A DNA stretch of 64,000 nucleotides. It comes from Camelus ferus (lineage: Eukaryota). Below the pieces are notes generated by a model. That model saw only the letters and a list, made by a program, of their open reading frames with translations, had not been told where the DNA came from and did no database searches. The position numbers were made by a program, and so were the translations under genes. The stretch covers positions 118,732,001-118,796,000 of the forward strand of contig NC_045697.1 of assembly GCF_009834535.1 (NCBI RefSeq), written 5' to 3'. Of the stretch, positions 62,880-64,000 are shown piece by piece. Numbering within the stretch: position 1 is the first letter of the stretch; each line of letters opens with the position of its first letter.

Positions 62880-64000
62880 TTTTGTTTTTGTCATTAAATG
62901 TCAATAACATGTACCACTTAAACCATCTTAAACACACGGTTCTATGGCAGTAGCCACCTTCACACCATTGTACAACTATCCTCGTCATCCGTGTTCAGAA
63001 CTTTCCCATTTTCGCTGGTGAAACTCCGTAACCATTAAACACTAACTCCCCCTCAGCCCCTGCAAACCACGTGGCACTTTCTGCCTTTGAATTTGACTTC
63101 TCTGGATACATCATCTAAGTGGAATCACGTCATTTTTGTCCTTTTATGACAGGGTTATTTCACTTATCATCATGTCTTCAAGGTTCATATATGTTGCAGC
63201 ACGTGTCAGAACTTCTGTAACTTTTAAGGCGGAATTCCGGTCCTTTGTGTGTATACGCATTCGGCCTGTCCGCCCGTCCCTAGATGGGCACTGGGTCGCT
63301 CCCACATTTTGCCGCTGTGACTAGTGCTGCTGTGAATAGGGATGTGCCCGTATACGTGCCAGTCCCCGCCTTCGGTCTCCTGGGTGTACACCCAGATGTG
63401 GATTTGATGGCTCACCTGCAAATGCTGTTAAAGGTTTTGAGGAGCTGCTGCCCTGTTTCCCACAGAGGCTGCATTTTTCCCTTTACTCCTTTCACGACAG
63501 ACTAATATGGTGGCTTATGAGCCAACCTCACTTTCTTGGTTCCAGTTACCCATTGAGGGACATCTGCCTTGTTTCTGCCTTTTGGCTGTTGCGAACAGAG
63601 CTGCTCTCAATATTACGCACGCCTGCTTTCAATTCCTGGGGGGTTATATCTAGGAGTGGAGTCACCGAGTGATGCGGTAATTGTCTTTCTTCATATGGTT
63701 AACATAGTTTGCACCCTTTTGCCTTTCCACAAGTAATGTTTAAAGGTTCCAAGTTCTCTGCATTGTTGCCAACATTTGTTGCCTTTGATTTTCTTGCCGA
63801 CAACCATTTGAGAGTGTGAGAAAGACTGACTGCCTCGTGGCTTTAATTTGCATTTCCATCGTATCTTTTCACCTGCTTATGGGCCATTTGCATGTCTTGG
63901 GTGGAGAAAGGTCTGTTTAAGTCCTTTGGTCGTATTTAAAATTGGGTTGTTTCTTTCTGTCCAGGATGTGTAAAAGTTCTTGATACACACTGGATAAAGA
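62880..64000 (-). mobile_element. Old L1M 3' region fragments
   Basis: accattaaacactaactcccc...ttcaaggttcatatatgttgcagcacgtgtcagaac...gtggctttaatttgcatttcc. Confidence 0.75.

Overview
This is mammalian nuclear DNA, most likely camelid. That assignment is an inference from two tRNA-Ala-derived SINEs resembling vic-1 and a recurrent young L1 3'-UTR type. The window is dominated by interspersed repeats: L1 of several ages, L2/MIR, MaLR and ERV1 LTRs, one two-LTR non-autonomous ERV, Charlie1 and Tigger/MER2-type DNA elements. I cannot support any intact protein-coding gene. The main feature is an old, heavily decayed nuclear mitochondrial insertion (NUMT) at about 53.2-61.3 kb on the minus strand. 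It is a head-to-tail array of a sub-genomic mtDNA unit: control region, tRNA-Phe, 12S, 16S, tRNA-Leu, ND1, tRNAs Ile/Gln/Met and the 5' end of ND2. The same non-native ND2-to-control-region junction occurs twice, and the same L1 3' end sits at the same 16S position in two copies, which points to amplification in the nucleus after integration. Smaller items are a Tigger/MER8-like element inserted in the TATA box of an ERV 5' LTR, two 5'-inverted L1 insertions and a diverged 57-bp tandem repeat. Family names come from recall of consensus sequences and were not searched. Most boundaries are approximate.
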